Shown here in pieces: positions 1 through 9,892 of a DNA stretch of 64,000 nucleotides. How positions within the stretch are numbered: the first letter of the stretch is position 1; every line of letters starts with the position of its first letter. The notes under the pieces were generated by a model. The model ran no database searches. It was given only the letters and a program-made list of their open reading frames with translations, and had not been told where the DNA came from. The stretch covers positions 1 through 64,000 of the forward strand of contig JBDRTG010000047.1 in the NCBI GenBank assembly GCA_043824255.1, written 5' to 3'. The stretch is from a bacterium (GTDB lineage Bacteria; JAHJDO01). The translations under genes were made by a program, and so were the position numbers.

Positions 1-50
1 AAACGCTTTAATTCCCTTTGACTCGCCATGATTATGTCCCTTTCTGCCAT
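1..50 (-). CDS. Transposase N-terminus (partial, truncated by the window edge)
   Basis: ATG at 50 follows GAGGAGG and translates MAERDIIMASQRELKR..., resembling the 'I.MS..EL.R' start of ISNCY-type transposases. Confidence 0.6.
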   Translation of the reverse strand, partial: MAERDIIMASQRELKR

Positions 51-141
51 AATACCCTCCTCTCAAATCGGGTATTATAGCTTCCTTAAAAGCGGACATT
101 TCTATTTTGGCTAATTAGGACATTATCATTTTGGTATTACA
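1..141 (-). mobile_element. Left end of an insertion sequence (ISNCY/IS481-like, 5'-TGT terminus); the element runs off the window edge
   Basis: The minus strand begins TGTAATACCAAAATGATAATGTCC-TAATTAG-CCAAAATAGAAATGTCC, i.e. a TGT end plus two 17-nt subterminal repeats. These are followed by TATAAT, an RBS GAGGAGG and a transposase-like ORF start. Confidence 0.75.
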
Positions 142-233
142 GCAATTTAAAAATGTGCAATTTTTTCTTGAGTTATAGCCTGAAAAAGTGTTAAATGTAA
201 CTGCCTTTAATACTGAAAGGATATGGAAGGGAC

Positions 234-509
234 ATGGTCAGGGAGAAAAACTGGAGAAAGATACTACTTGGATTAGGTCTTGATAATAAGGATGGTCATA
301 AGCGGTTTACAAAAGGCTATAATTTCTATCTGGTAGGCGGTTCTGAAGACACGCATAACACAATGCAGGAAAAGGCAATAAAGTTTAATGAACAACTTAA
401 AAAACGCGGAAAGACTTTAGACGACATAAATAAAAAAGAGTTTTGTGAGATTGCTGATAAAATAGGCTTGCAGATGCCTGATGACAAGAACAAAAAATCA
501 AAATCTTGA
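234..509 (+). CDS. Conserved hypothetical protein (91 aa)
   Basis: ORF with an RBS-like GGAAGGG. The motif GLGLDNKDGHKR..KG.NF.LVGGSE.TH resembles small proteins I recall from PVC bacteria. It overlaps the next ORF by 4 nt. Confidence 0.7.
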   Translation: MVREKNWRKILLGLGLDNKDGHKRFTKGYNFYLVGGSEDTHNTMQEKAIKFNEQLKKRGKTLDDINKKEFCEIADKIGLQMPDDKNKKSKS

Positions 510-1168
510 ATAGTCGAATAACAATTCACTATACAAATAACTCTACAGTTATGATCAGCTGTAAGAGAAATTTCAACAAACATACTATTCGGCTACATAA
601 CATGTTTAAGAATGCCCCTGAATATGTTCTTGACGCAATACTCAAGATATACACGCGCCTCACAAGAAAAAGCACACGCACTGCATGCAGGAAAATAATA
701 AAGAGTTTTATAACCCAAAATCGGCATAAAATAGTGTGCAAACCAAAAGCTCGCAGAATCCTGCCGGATCCGGTTGGCAAGGTGTTTGATCTTGGAGAAA
801 TCTACAATAATCTAAATAGCGAATATTTCAGCGGTAATCTGGATATTCATATCACGTGGTCACGTAAACCTAATAAACGACTTATGGGAACATGGAAAGA
901 TACAGGATCAGAAAAAAATCTTATAAGAATTAATCGGCTTCTTGATACCAAAAAAGTTCCTCCGTACTACATTAACTATCTGGTTTACCACGAAATGCTG
1001 CATGAGATATTTAAACAAAGGATAGTTAATGGCAGGATACAAAGGCATCCTAAAGAATTCAGAAAACTTGAACGGAATTTCCCTTTATACAAAAAAGCAT
1101 GTGAATGGCAAAAGGGGCATCTTGCAAATTCTATAAAACAGATATCAGGTAGTTATATATGGCAATAA
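506..1168 (+). CDS. SprT-like/YgjP-like zinc metalloprotease domain protein
   Basis: HEMLH (HExxH) motif preceded by IRINRLLD..KVP.Y.I.YLVY, with a downstream H..EF motif. Confidence 0.75.
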   Translation: MNSRITIHYTNNSTVMISCKRNFNKHTIRLHNMFKNAPEYVLDAILKIYTRLTRKSTRTACRKIIKSFITQNRHKIVCKPKARRILPDPVGKVFDLGEIYNNLNSEYFSGNLDIHITWSRKPNKRLMGTWKDTGSEKNLIRINRLLDTKKVPPYYINYLVYHEMLHEIFKQRIVNGRIQRHPKEFRKLERNFPLYKKACEWQKGHLANSIKQISGSYIWQ

Positions 1169-2544
1169 ATTTAAAATTTTGCGGTGGTGTTGGAACAGTA
1201 AGCGGTTCCATGCATTTAGCGACTACCGATAAATCTGCAGTTCTCATAGACTGCGGTCTTTTTCACGGACACAGGGATGAGTATTATACTGTAAATTCCG
1301 CGTTTCCCATTAATCCATCGGATCTGGATTGTTGTATAATATCGCATGCCCACATCGACCACTGCGGAAATTTCCCAACGCTTGTAAATAAAGGGTTCAG
1401 AAAAAAGGCATATTTGACTCCTTCCACAATGGAGCTCTGCCAGTATATGCTGCCGGACAGCGGGCATATTCAGGAGGAAGATATAAAATATGTGAATAAA
1501 ATAAACCTGCGAAGAGGACGCCTGCCAAGGGAAGCGCTTTACACAAGATATGATGCTGAAAATTCTTTGAGGTATCTTTACGCTCTTGATTATCACAAAA
1601 AACAGAGAGTGACAGAGGATATTGAGCTTACATTCTTTGATGCAGGTCATATCCTGGGCTCTTCTATACCGACAGTTGACATTTCTGCTAATGACAAAAC
1701 AATACGTATTGCCTATGCTGTAGATCTTGGACGTCCGAACCTGCCGTATGTTGGAAATCCTGAAATACCCAAAAATATTGACTATCTTATAATTGAAAGC
1801 ACGTATGGAGGCCGCAAACATTCTCCTATAGAAGAAACAGAGAAGAAGCTCATGGAAGTTGTGAATAAGACCGTAGCTCGCGGCGGAAAGATTATTGTCC
1901 CGTCATTTGCCCTGGAAAGAACTCAGGAGGTCATATATTTCCTATCGCGGCTTTTGAGAGAAAGAAAGATAAAAGAGATACCTATATATGTGGATAGTCC
2001 GCTCGCTGTGAAGGTAACAAAGGTTTTTGAGAATAACAGGGATTACTTTAGCAAGGAAATTCAGGATATGGACCCTCTTGCAAGTGAGAACATAACATAC
2101 ATAGAGGATGTTGAACAATCAAAGCAATTACATAATAAAAGAGGCCCTATGGTTATTATATCTGCATCCGGTACATGTGAACACGGAAGAATTCTTCACC
2201 ATCTAAAAAACAATATAGAAAATCCATATAATACCATCGTTATTGTAGGATACATGCCTCAAAATACTCTCGGAAGAAGGATTGTTGAACATAACAGGCC
2301 GACTGTTAACATTTTTGGAAGACCGTATGAACTAAAGGCAGAGGTTGTTGTTGTTGATTCCTTTAGCGCGCATGCAGACAGTGATTATCTGGTACAGTAT
2401 GTTAACGAAACCAGAGATTCTCTCAAGAAGGTGTTCATTGTTCACGGCGAACCTGAGCAATCTGAAAAGTTGAAAGAAAGACTGGTTTCTCTTAATGTTG
2501 AAAGCATGGTGCCGGAAAAGAACGAAACAGTGTGCCTTGGGTAG
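1159..2544 (+). CDS. MBL-fold metallo-hydrolase, beta-CASP RNA-processing family
   Basis: Motifs DCG, SHAHIDHCG, AGHILGS, ESTYG, FSAHAD and VHGE. Confidence 0.92.
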   Translation: MAINLKFCGGVGTVSGSMHLATTDKSAVLIDCGLFHGHRDEYYTVNSAFPINPSDLDCCIISHAHIDHCGNFPTLVNKGFRKKAYLTPSTMELCQYMLPDSGHIQEEDIKYVNKINLRRGRLPREALYTRYDAENSLRYLYALDYHKKQRVTEDIELTFFDAGHILGSSIPTVDISANDKTIRIAYAVDLGRPNLPYVGNPEIPKNIDYLIIESTYGGRKHSPIEETEKKLMEVVNKTVARGGKIIVPSFALERTQEVIYFLSRLLRERKIKEIPIYVDSPLAVKVTKVFENNRDYFSKEIQDMDPLASENITYIEDVEQSKQLHNKRGPMVIISASGTCEHGRILHHLKNNIENPYNTIVIVGYMPQNTLGRRIVEHNRPTVNIFGRPYELKAEVVVVDSFSAHADSDYLVQYVNETRDSLKKVFIVHGEPEQSEKLKERLVSLNVESMVPEKNETVCLG

Positions 2545-2553
2545 TTTGAGGAT

Positions 2554-3255
2554 TTATAAATACTGCTTCAGTAGAGCATATACCTGCTCGGCAATAAGCT
2601 CATATCCTTTCTCAGACGGATGTATGTGGTCACTCATCATGTCCGGCTTACCAAGTATTTTATCGTAGATATTCGGGATAACAAGCGCGCCGTGCTTTTT
2701 TGCTATCTTTACAAATCTCTTTTTGTAGCTTGTACCCATTAGAGATGGCTGGATACCAAGCAGCAACACTAAAGCGCCTTTTTCCTGAATTCTGGTTATA
2801 ATCAGTTCCAAATTCTCAAAGGTTTTCTCCATAGGAACGGTTCTTCCCAGTGCATCATTGCCACCAAACTCTACTATAACAATCTTAGGATTCCTCTCCA
2901 GCACACTCCTTTGAAGTCTCCTGATTGCATCTTCGGTTGTATCTCCCCCTATTCCTGCATTGATTACCTGCAGACCTAATTTCTTACTGAGTAGAGATGG
3001 ATAGTCCCATCCTTCTGATGTTCCAAGACCTTCAGTTATGCTATCTCCAAAGCATATGATATTAATTCCCTCTGGACGACTGTTTTTAATTTCCCAGTGA
3101 TTAGTTCTTCCACATCCTGCAGTAAAGAATATCACTAAAGCCAATGTCAAATGCCAAAGCTCAAATGTCAAATCAATGTCAAAGCCCAAATGATTAAATT
3201 TTTGGACATTTGGATTTTGGATTTCATTGGTCATTTGGATTTTATTATTTGTCAT
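2554..3255 (-). CDS. GDSL/SGNH arylesterase (TesA-like), probable lipoprotein; start uncertain
   Basis: Blocks FGDSIT, NAGIGGDTT, GGND and DHIHP; lipobox-like FTAGC. The first ~38 aa are encoded by the heptamer repeat element. Confidence 0.88.
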   Translation of the reverse strand: MTNNKIQMTNEIQNPNVQKFNHLGFDIDLTFELWHLTLALVIFFTAGCGRTNHWEIKNSRPEGINIICFGDSITEGLGTSEGWDYPSLLSKKLGLQVINAGIGGDTTEDAIRRLQRSVLERNPKIVIVEFGGNDALGRTVPMEKTFENLELIITRIQEKGALVLLLGIQPSLMGTSYKKRFVKIAKKHGALVIPNIYDKILGKPDMMSDHIHPSEKGYELIAEQVYALLKQYL

Positions 3256-3256
3256 T
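3143..3256. repeat. Imperfect inverted repeat built from 7-nt units (CAAATGT-like)
   Basis: Arm 3143-3193 and the reverse complement of 3206-3256 align without gaps at 35/51 positions (manual count), with a 12-nt loop. Confidence 0.8.
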
Positions 3257-3297
3257 TAGTTTTTGCTCATTTGATATTCAACATGTCAAATGTAATG

Positions 3298-3813
3298 CTA
3301 TGCTTTATTAAGCAGCTTTATTATTTCTCTGGCAAATCTCTCTGCACTCTGAGGCCCGTCAGCTGTAACAATATTTCCATCTACCTGAACAGGTTTAGCT
3401 GTATAAATAGCTCCCTTTTGTTTAAGTTCTCTCTCAAAGGATGGAAAGACTGTGGCTTTCTTTCCCTCTAGAATTCCTGCATTTGCAAGTATAACAGGAC
3501 CGGCGCAAATTGCGCAGAGTAATTTGTTCTTTAAATAAGCGTTTTTTGCTATATCATGAGCTGTCTTGCTATTAAAATAACACGAAGCGCCAGTCCCCCC
3601 TACAAAAACAACAGCATCGTAATTTTCTACTCTTATATCCTTGACCAACATATCCGGGGTAATTGTCGTACCTAATTTACCTTTTGCCTGTTCAAGTGAC
3701 GTACTTGCGACATGAACCGTTGCACCTGCTCCCTCAAAAATAGATTTGGGAACTGAAAGCTCTTCATCCCTGAAATTCTCGGATGCAATAATCATTACAA
3801 TCTTTTTCGTCAT
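3298..3813 (-). CDS. DJ-1/PfpI family protein
   Basis: Motifs FRDEEL, FVGG.GA, AICAGP nucleophile elbow and IVTADGP. Confidence 0.92.
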   Translation of the reverse strand: MTKKIVMIIASENFRDEELSVPKSIFEGAGATVHVASTSLEQAKGKLGTTITPDMLVKDIRVENYDAVVFVGGTGASCYFNSKTAHDIAKNAYLKNKLLCAICAGPVILANAGILEGKKATVFPSFERELKQKGAIYTAKPVQVDGNIVTADGPQSAERFAREIIKLLNKA

Positions 3814-4013
3814 ATTTTCCTTTCTGTTGTTTCTGGCACGTATTATACATTAATTACTCAGCATTGCCGAGCTATTTTCTCTAACCGAGGGGTCATGATG
3901 TTCCTGTTTATTCCCATTGGGATCTTGGATTTTGCTTGCGACTAAGCTAACTTTTGTGTACAGTAATATTCAGAATAAAGATCATCTTATAATAATTGTT
4001 AAAAGGAGAAAAA

Positions 4014-4407
4014 ATGAATAATAATTTAGTCAAAATTAATATTGTTGATGACGAATCTCTTTTAAAAGCATGCGATATCCTTCATGATGGATATTGTGAT
4101 TTGTCAAAAATAAAATATAATGAAGCTAATGGTACGTGGAAGGCTGTTTTTAAAAGAGAATTCTTTGAAGATATAAAATTGATGAATTTTGAACCAAAAT
4201 TGTTATTTTTTAACAAAGTGACTTTTCCCATGGTAAAATCCGAACTTACTTTAGAAGGCATAAAAACATATAAAATCGAAGATAGAAGTAATATCCAAAT
4301 CTATCAAAGACATACCGAAAGGAAGCTTGATAGATCAAGAGTTTTTGGATAGAAAAGGATCATTTTACAGATGGAGAAATCCATTCAAAAAAATAAATAA
4401 ATGCTAA
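4014..4407 (+). pseudogene. Frameshifted hypothetical integron-cassette gene
   Basis: RBS AAGGAG and ATG at 4014; the frame stops at 4352. A second frame from ~4304 (IKDIPKGSLIDQEFLDRKGSFYRWRNPFKKINKC*) ends exactly on the TAA of the attC R'' box. Confidence 0.55.
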
Positions 4408-4468
4408 CAACTTCATCCAGAGAACTGTAATCACTGTGCGGTTCCAGCCGCTGATGACGGCGTTAGAC
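4402..4468 (+). other. attC integron recombination site
   Basis: R'' tgcTAAC, spacer AACT, L'' TCATCCAG (one extra C relative to L'), L' CTGATGA, spacer CGGC, R' GTTAGAC; 67 bp in total. Confidence 0.78.
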
Positions 4469-4492
4469 ATACGAATAAAGGGAGGCAACAAA

Positions 4493-4732
4493 ATGGAGCA
4501 GGTTGTCGAAGAGAAAAGAAAATCGGAAGTAGTCAGGAAGCTGAGGGAGATGAGAAAATCGGCTCAGGATAGAAAGATAGCTGGAATATGTGGAGGATTT
4601 GGCGAGTCTACTCCTCTTCCTTCGTGGTTGTGGAGAGCAGTATTCCTTACCTCGCTTTTTTTTGGCGGAGTTGGCCTGATTGCCTACATCATCCTATGGA
4701 TTTGCATGCCCTCTGCGAAAATTGATCAATAG
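4493..4732 (+). CDS. PspC-domain protein (cassette-like)
   Basis: RBS GGAGG; motif RKS..DRKIAGICGGFGE....W.R..F....G.G...YI.LWICMP. Confidence 0.85.
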   Translation: MEQVVEEKRKSEVVRKLREMRKSAQDRKIAGICGGFGESTPLPSWLWRAVFLTSLFFGGVGLIAYIILWICMPSAKIDQ

Positions 4733-4738
4733 AAAGCT

Positions 4739-4793
4739 GCCTAGCTAATCATTGCACCTGACTGCTACCAGCCACTGAGTTTCGATATTATTT
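4739..4793 (+). other. Degenerate attC-like site
   Basis: GCCTAGC-TAATCA-TTGCACCTGAC...CACTGAG-TTTCGAT-ATTATTT lies directly after the pspC-like stop codon. Both core boxes are mutated. Confidence 0.35.
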
Positions 4794-7391
4794 ACCTTTT
4801 TCAACTTTCTTTTTCAACTCATCAAGTTTCTTAAGCGCCTGAAGAGGGGTCATGTTTTCCGTATCTAAGTTTTTTATTTCATCCACAACAGGATGGTCTA
4901 TCGGAGCAAAAAACGTAAGTTGAGGAGATTCTTTTGCGAATTTGGGAAGACCCTGTTCTGAAATTGTCTCGTTTTCCAAATTAACAAGGATATCCTTTGC
5001 TCTTTCTATGACCTCTTTAGGTAAACCTGCAAGAGACGCAACGTGAATTCCATAGCTCTTATCTGTTGGGCCCTCAACAATCTTATGGAGAAAAATAACT
5101 TCATTATTCCATTCCTTTACCAAAACATTATAATTCTTTGCTCTTTCCAATGTGAGAACAAGTTCTGTCAGCTCGTGATAGTGAGTAGCAAAAAGAGTCT
5201 TTGCGTTGACTTTTGGATTATTATGTATATATTCCGCCACTGCCCATGCAATGCTAACACCATCAAATGTGCTTGTACCTCTTCCTACTTCGTCAAGTAT
5301 TACTAAACTACGCGAAGTGGCATTATTGAGTATATTTGCTACCTCATTCATCTCTATCATAAATGTGCTCTGTCCCTTTGTCAGCTCATCAGACGCACCG
5401 ACTCTGGTAAATATTCTGTCAACTGCACCAATCTTTGCACTTCTTGCAGGTACAAAGCTGCCGATTTGTCCCATGAGAACAATAAGAGCAACCTGTCTAA
5501 TATAAGTTGACTTGCCCGCCATGTTTGGTCCGGTGATTATCATTATCTGCTGGCTGGAATTATCGAGATATGTATCATTTGGAACAAATTTACTTCCGAT
5601 ATCCAGCCTCTCAAGAACCGGATGCCTGCCCTCGACAATCTCTATAACATCAGAATCTGTAATTTCAGGTTTTACGTAATTATTTTGTATTGCTACTAAC
5701 GCAAACGAATTTACTGCATCCAGAATGCCAATAGCGCGCGCTATTTTTTGAAGCCTGACAGTTTCACATGCAACCTGACTGCGCACATCAGTAAAAATCT
5801 TATATTCCGCTTCATTAATTCTCTCTTCTGCGCCAAGAACAAGCGCTTCTTTCTCCTTCAGCTCCGGAGTTATAAACCTTTCACAACCCAAGAGAGTCTG
5901 TTTTCTGATGTAATTATCAGGCACCATGTTCAGGTTAGACTTTGTAATTTCAATATAGTATCCAAAAACTTTATTGTATCTTACCTTTAGAGATTTTATT
6001 CCTGTTCTTTGAATCTCCTCTACCTGAAGCGATTTGATCCAGTCCTTCCCTCCCCTGCTGACCTGTCTTATTTCATCAAGATCAGCATCAAATCCTTGCT
6101 TGATAATATTGCCATCTCGAATACTGATTGGAGGTTCATCAACAATAGCCTTATCAAGTAAACTAACTAGTTCTGAGACATCCTGCAAGTCCTCACATAC
6201 ATTCTTTAACATCTGTACCTTGAATTTATTAATTATTTCCCTTATCTGAGGAACCTTTTTCAATGACTCCCTGAGACCTATCAGATCGCGCCCGTTAGCC
6301 AGACCACAATTAACACGGCTGATTATTCTCTCCATGTCAGAGATATGTCTGATGATAGCTCTTACTTTATCATTATTAACATCTGCAGAATTTATAAACT
6401 CATTAACAGCATCAAGCCTATTGTTGATCTCTTCTGAGTCTCTCAGAGGTTGTACAACCCAGGTTCGCAGGAGACGGCCTCCCATTGGAGTAAGAGTTGC
6501 GTCCAATGTATCTAATAATGTCCCTTTTTTCTCATGAGCATGTATAGTTTCAATAAGTTCAAGATTTTTTTGAGTAGCACTGTCCAGTATCATAAATTCT
6601 GACGTTGAGTATATCTTGAAATCATTTATGTGTGTCGGCGAAATCTGCTGTATATCCTTTATATATTCAAGAAGCGCACCTCCGCAGCATGCAGCAGAGG
6701 GAAAGTCCTTGCATCCGAAACCATCCATTGACTGTGTCTTAAAATGAGAAGTAAGTATCTGGTTTGCACTTTCTCTATCAAAGTGCCAGTCATCATAAGG
6801 TGTTAAAACCGAGCACGATATACTAAGATCTTTTTTAATCTTTTCATTTTCCATTAAGGAATTTTGGATGATAATTTCTTTTGGATTGACACGGCGGACT
6901 TCATCTAAAAATTTTGCATAATCAGAAAACTCTGTTGCTTTAAACTCACCCGTTGATAAATCCGAGACTGCAAGTGCAAATTTTTTGTCTGAGATTACCA
7001 CTGCTCCAAGATAATTATTGCTCTTTACATCAAGCATAGAGCTGGAAAGAACCGTACCTGGAGTTATTGTTCTTACAATCTCTCTTTTAACAAGCCCCTT
7101 TGTCTTTCTGGGATCTTCAACTTGTTCACAGATAGCAACTTTATGGCCGCTTTTTATTAATTTTGCTATATAGTTTTCTGCAGCATGATATGGGATGCCG
7201 CACATTGGTATTTCTTTTCCGCTGCCACCATCGCGGGACGTCAGAGTAATCTCAAGAAGTCTGGATGCAAGCTTCGCATCCTCAAAAAACATTTCATAAA
7301 AATCCCCTAACCTGAAGAAAAGAATCGTATTTTTATTGTTCTTTTTTATGCCTAGATACTGCCTGAGCATTGGAGTAAGTTCTGACATCAT
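4788..7391 (-). CDS. mutS: DNA mismatch repair protein MutS
   Basis: Motifs TPMLRQY, GDFYEMF, Walker A TGPNMAGKST, DEVGRGTST and FATHYHEL. Confidence 0.98.
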   Translation of the reverse strand: MMSELTPMLRQYLGIKKNNKNTILFFRLGDFYEMFFEDAKLASRLLEITLTSRDGGSGKEIPMCGIPYHAAENYIAKLIKSGHKVAICEQVEDPRKTKGLVKREIVRTITPGTVLSSSMLDVKSNNYLGAVVISDKKFALAVSDLSTGEFKATEFSDYAKFLDEVRRVNPKEIIIQNSLMENEKIKKDLSISCSVLTPYDDWHFDRESANQILTSHFKTQSMDGFGCKDFPSAACCGGALLEYIKDIQQISPTHINDFKIYSTSEFMILDSATQKNLELIETIHAHEKKGTLLDTLDATLTPMGGRLLRTWVVQPLRDSEEINNRLDAVNEFINSADVNNDKVRAIIRHISDMERIISRVNCGLANGRDLIGLRESLKKVPQIREIINKFKVQMLKNVCEDLQDVSELVSLLDKAIVDEPPISIRDGNIIKQGFDADLDEIRQVSRGGKDWIKSLQVEEIQRTGIKSLKVRYNKVFGYYIEITKSNLNMVPDNYIRKQTLLGCERFITPELKEKEALVLGAEERINEAEYKIFTDVRSQVACETVRLQKIARAIGILDAVNSFALVAIQNNYVKPEITDSDVIEIVEGRHPVLERLDIGSKFVPNDTYLDNSSQQIMIITGPNMAGKSTYIRQVALIVLMGQIGSFVPARSAKIGAVDRIFTRVGASDELTKGQSTFMIEMNEVANILNNATSRSLVILDEVGRGTSTFDGVSIAWAVAEYIHNNPKVNAKTLFATHYHELTELVLTLERAKNYNVLVKEWNNEVIFLHKIVEGPTDKSYGIHVASLAGLPKEVIERAKDILVNLENETISEQGLPKFAKESPQLTFFAPIDHPVVDEIKNLDTENMTPLQALKKLDELKKKVEKGK

Positions 7392-8485
7392 CTTAACTTC
7401 AGGGTTGCAAGACTTATAAGAGCAAAAATTATAGATACTATCCAGAATCTAATTGTAACCTTTGGTTCATCCCAACCCATTTTTTCAAAATGATGATGCA
7501 GAGGGGCTAGCATAAACACTCTTTTCCCTGTTATACGAAATGAAACAATCTGAATAATAACAGATATGGCCTCCATAACAAAAATACCGCCAGCTATGAC
7601 CAGTAATATCTCCTGTTTTACAATCACGGATACAAAACCAAGCGCTCCGCCTATTGCAAGGGAGCCTGTATCCCCCATGAATATCTCTGCAGGATAGCAA
7701 TTGAACCAGAGAAAACCCAGGCTTGCTCCTACCAGAGCGCTACAGAACACAGCAAGCTCTCCGCTCCCGACAACGTTTACGATATTCAGGTATTTACTGA
7801 ATCCAACATGTCCGCATAAATATGTTACTATAATGAATGTAATAGAAACCATCATTGCGCATCCAATAGCTAAGCCGTCAAGCCCGTCTGTAAAATTAAC
7901 TGCATTTGAAGCCCCAACAATAACCAGCATAACAAATGGAATATAGAAATAGCCTAAATCAATAAAGAAATTTTTAAAAAGTGGAACCCCAAGCTTTGTG
8001 GCAAACTTAGAACTTACCGGATTATAATAAAGATAGAAACCTATAAAACCAGCAATAATGAGCTGGCCTAATAATTTTGCGCTTATCTTGAGTCCTTTGG
8101 CATTCTTTTTATGTATTTTTAGATAGTCATCAATAAAGCCGACTCCACCCATGCATAGAGTTATGAGTAAAACAAGCATTATGTATCTGTTTGTGAAATC
8201 AGCCCATAATAATGTAGAAATCAATAAGACCAGAAGTATTAAAACCCCGCCCATAGTGGGAGTGCCTTGTTTCTTTTGATGGAGAGTGAACAGGTCAGGA
8301 CATTCCCCTTTTCTGATATATTGTCCAATGTTTAACTCCTGTAATTTTCTTATCACCCATGGTCCAAGAAATATACTCAACAGAAGCGCAGTTGCAGCTG
8401 CGCCTCCTGCACGAAATGTAATATACTTAAAAACATTAAACCCGCTCCATACATCGCTGAGTGAATAAAAAAGATGATAAAACAT
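7388..8485 (-). CDS. mraY: Phospho-N-acetylmuramoyl-pentapeptide transferase
   Basis: Motifs KQGTPTMGG, DDYLK, NAVNFTDGLDGLA, FMGDTGS and APLHHHFE. Confidence 0.98.
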   Translation of the reverse strand: MFYHLFYSLSDVWSGFNVFKYITFRAGGAAATALLLSIFLGPWVIRKLQELNIGQYIRKGECPDLFTLHQKKQGTPTMGGVLILLVLLISTLLWADFTNRYIMLVLLITLCMGGVGFIDDYLKIHKKNAKGLKISAKLLGQLIIAGFIGFYLYYNPVSSKFATKLGVPLFKNFFIDLGYFYIPFVMLVIVGASNAVNFTDGLDGLAIGCAMMVSITFIIVTYLCGHVGFSKYLNIVNVVGSGELAVFCSALVGASLGFLWFNCYPAEIFMGDTGSLAIGGALGFVSVIVKQEILLVIAGGIFVMEAISVIIQIVSFRITGKRVFMLAPLHHHFEKMGWDEPKVTIRFWIVSIIFALISLATLKLR

Positions 8486-9873
8486 TACGAATCCTTTAGT
8501 ATTTCAAGTATGTTTTCAAGACGCATTGCTCTTGAACCTTTTAATAACAGAGTATCATTACTTTGCAGTATGCTCAATAATTTTTCTCCAGCCTCCTCTG
8601 TGTTTTCGAATGAGAATATCTTGCTTTCATTGAGTCCGCTCTCTTTTGCTGTAGCGGCGGATAATCCAGCCAGTTTCCCTATAGTTATAAATATGTCTAC
8701 TTGAGATTCCAAAACAAGTTTTCCAATCTTCTTATGTTCTGATACCTTGCGGTCGCCAAGCTCAAACATATTACCAAAAATAAAAACTTTTCTATATCTT
8801 GTCCCGTTGGGATTTGAATTAATATTTCTGAGCACTTCTAAAGCTGCTCTGGTTGAAGCTGGGTTTGCATTATATGCGTCATTTATTACAGTAAGATTTC
8901 CCCTCCTTATTATTTGCATTCTCATCTCAGGAGGTTTGAAGTTCCGCAAGCCATTTCTTACAAGATTTAGATCTTTAGAAAACTGCAAAGAAACACCGAC
9001 AGCAGCTAATGCATTATACACATTATGAATTCCAGGTATAGGCAGAGTTATTTTAACAGCACCATTTAAAAGAAATTTTGTGCTTGCAGGTAATATACTA
9101 ATATCCTCAGCCATAATATCAGCCTTATTCTTTATACCAAACGATATAACCCTGCATTTTGCACTGGCTTTAAGAAAGCTAAAATATTTATCATCCGCAT
9201 TTAAGATCGCAGTGCCTTCTTTATTAACAAAGTCCAGCAGCTTTGCTTTTGCATTTACCAGATTTCTAACTGTCTTGAAATACTGCATGTGAGCTATGTT
9301 TATATTTGTTATAACTGCAATATCCGGACAGATAATCTCTCCAAGATTTTTCATTTCCTTATACGAACTTATCCCAACTTCAAAGATACCAGCCCTCGTA
9401 TCTTTTGATAGTCTAAACGCTGTAAGCGGAACCCCGACTTGATTATTATAGTTCCCTACTGTCCCTGTTATTCTGAGCTTCTGAGAGAGTATGCTCTCTG
9501 TCATATCCTTAACAGTGGTTTTGCCATTACTCCCTGTAATGCCAATAATCGGGATATCAAATTTTCCCCTATAATACTTTGCTAAATTCTGGAGAGCTTT
9601 AAGGGTATTACGTACTTTAATAATAAAAGCAGAGGATAAAGTTTTGAGAGAAGAATGCAGGCTGGAAAGAATAATTCCTGATGCGCCGCTTTTTATGGCA
9701 TTACCGATAAAATCGTGGCCATCGAAATTATCTCCCTTAATTGCAATAAATAAGTCACCTTTTTTTATACTGCGGGAGTCTATTGATATACTTCTAATCC
9801 GGAAATTTTGATCGCCTTTGACAAGCTGGCCTTTAGTGGCTTTTACTATCTCGTTTACATATAACAATTCCAT
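8485..9873 (-). CDS. murF: UDP-MurNAc-tripeptide--D-Ala-D-Ala ligase
   Basis: Motifs GITGSNGKTT, NYNNQVG, NDAYNANP and KGSR; dcw position. Confidence 0.96.
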   Translation of the reverse strand: MELLYVNEIVKATKGQLVKGDQNFRIRSISIDSRSIKKGDLFIAIKGDNFDGHDFIGNAIKSGASGIILSSLHSSLKTLSSAFIIKVRNTLKALQNLAKYYRGKFDIPIIGITGSNGKTTVKDMTESILSQKLRITGTVGNYNNQVGVPLTAFRLSKDTRAGIFEVGISSYKEMKNLGEIICPDIAVITNINIAHMQYFKTVRNLVNAKAKLLDFVNKEGTAILNADDKYFSFLKASAKCRVISFGIKNKADIMAEDISILPASTKFLLNGAVKITLPIPGIHNVYNALAAVGVSLQFSKDLNLVRNGLRNFKPPEMRMQIIRRGNLTVINDAYNANPASTRAALEVLRNINSNPNGTRYRKVFIFGNMFELGDRKVSEHKKIGKLVLESQVDIFITIGKLAGLSAATAKESGLNESKIFSFENTEEAGEKLLSILQSNDTLLLKGSRAMRLENILEILKDS

Positions 9874-9892
9874 ACCGACAATCTACTACATT

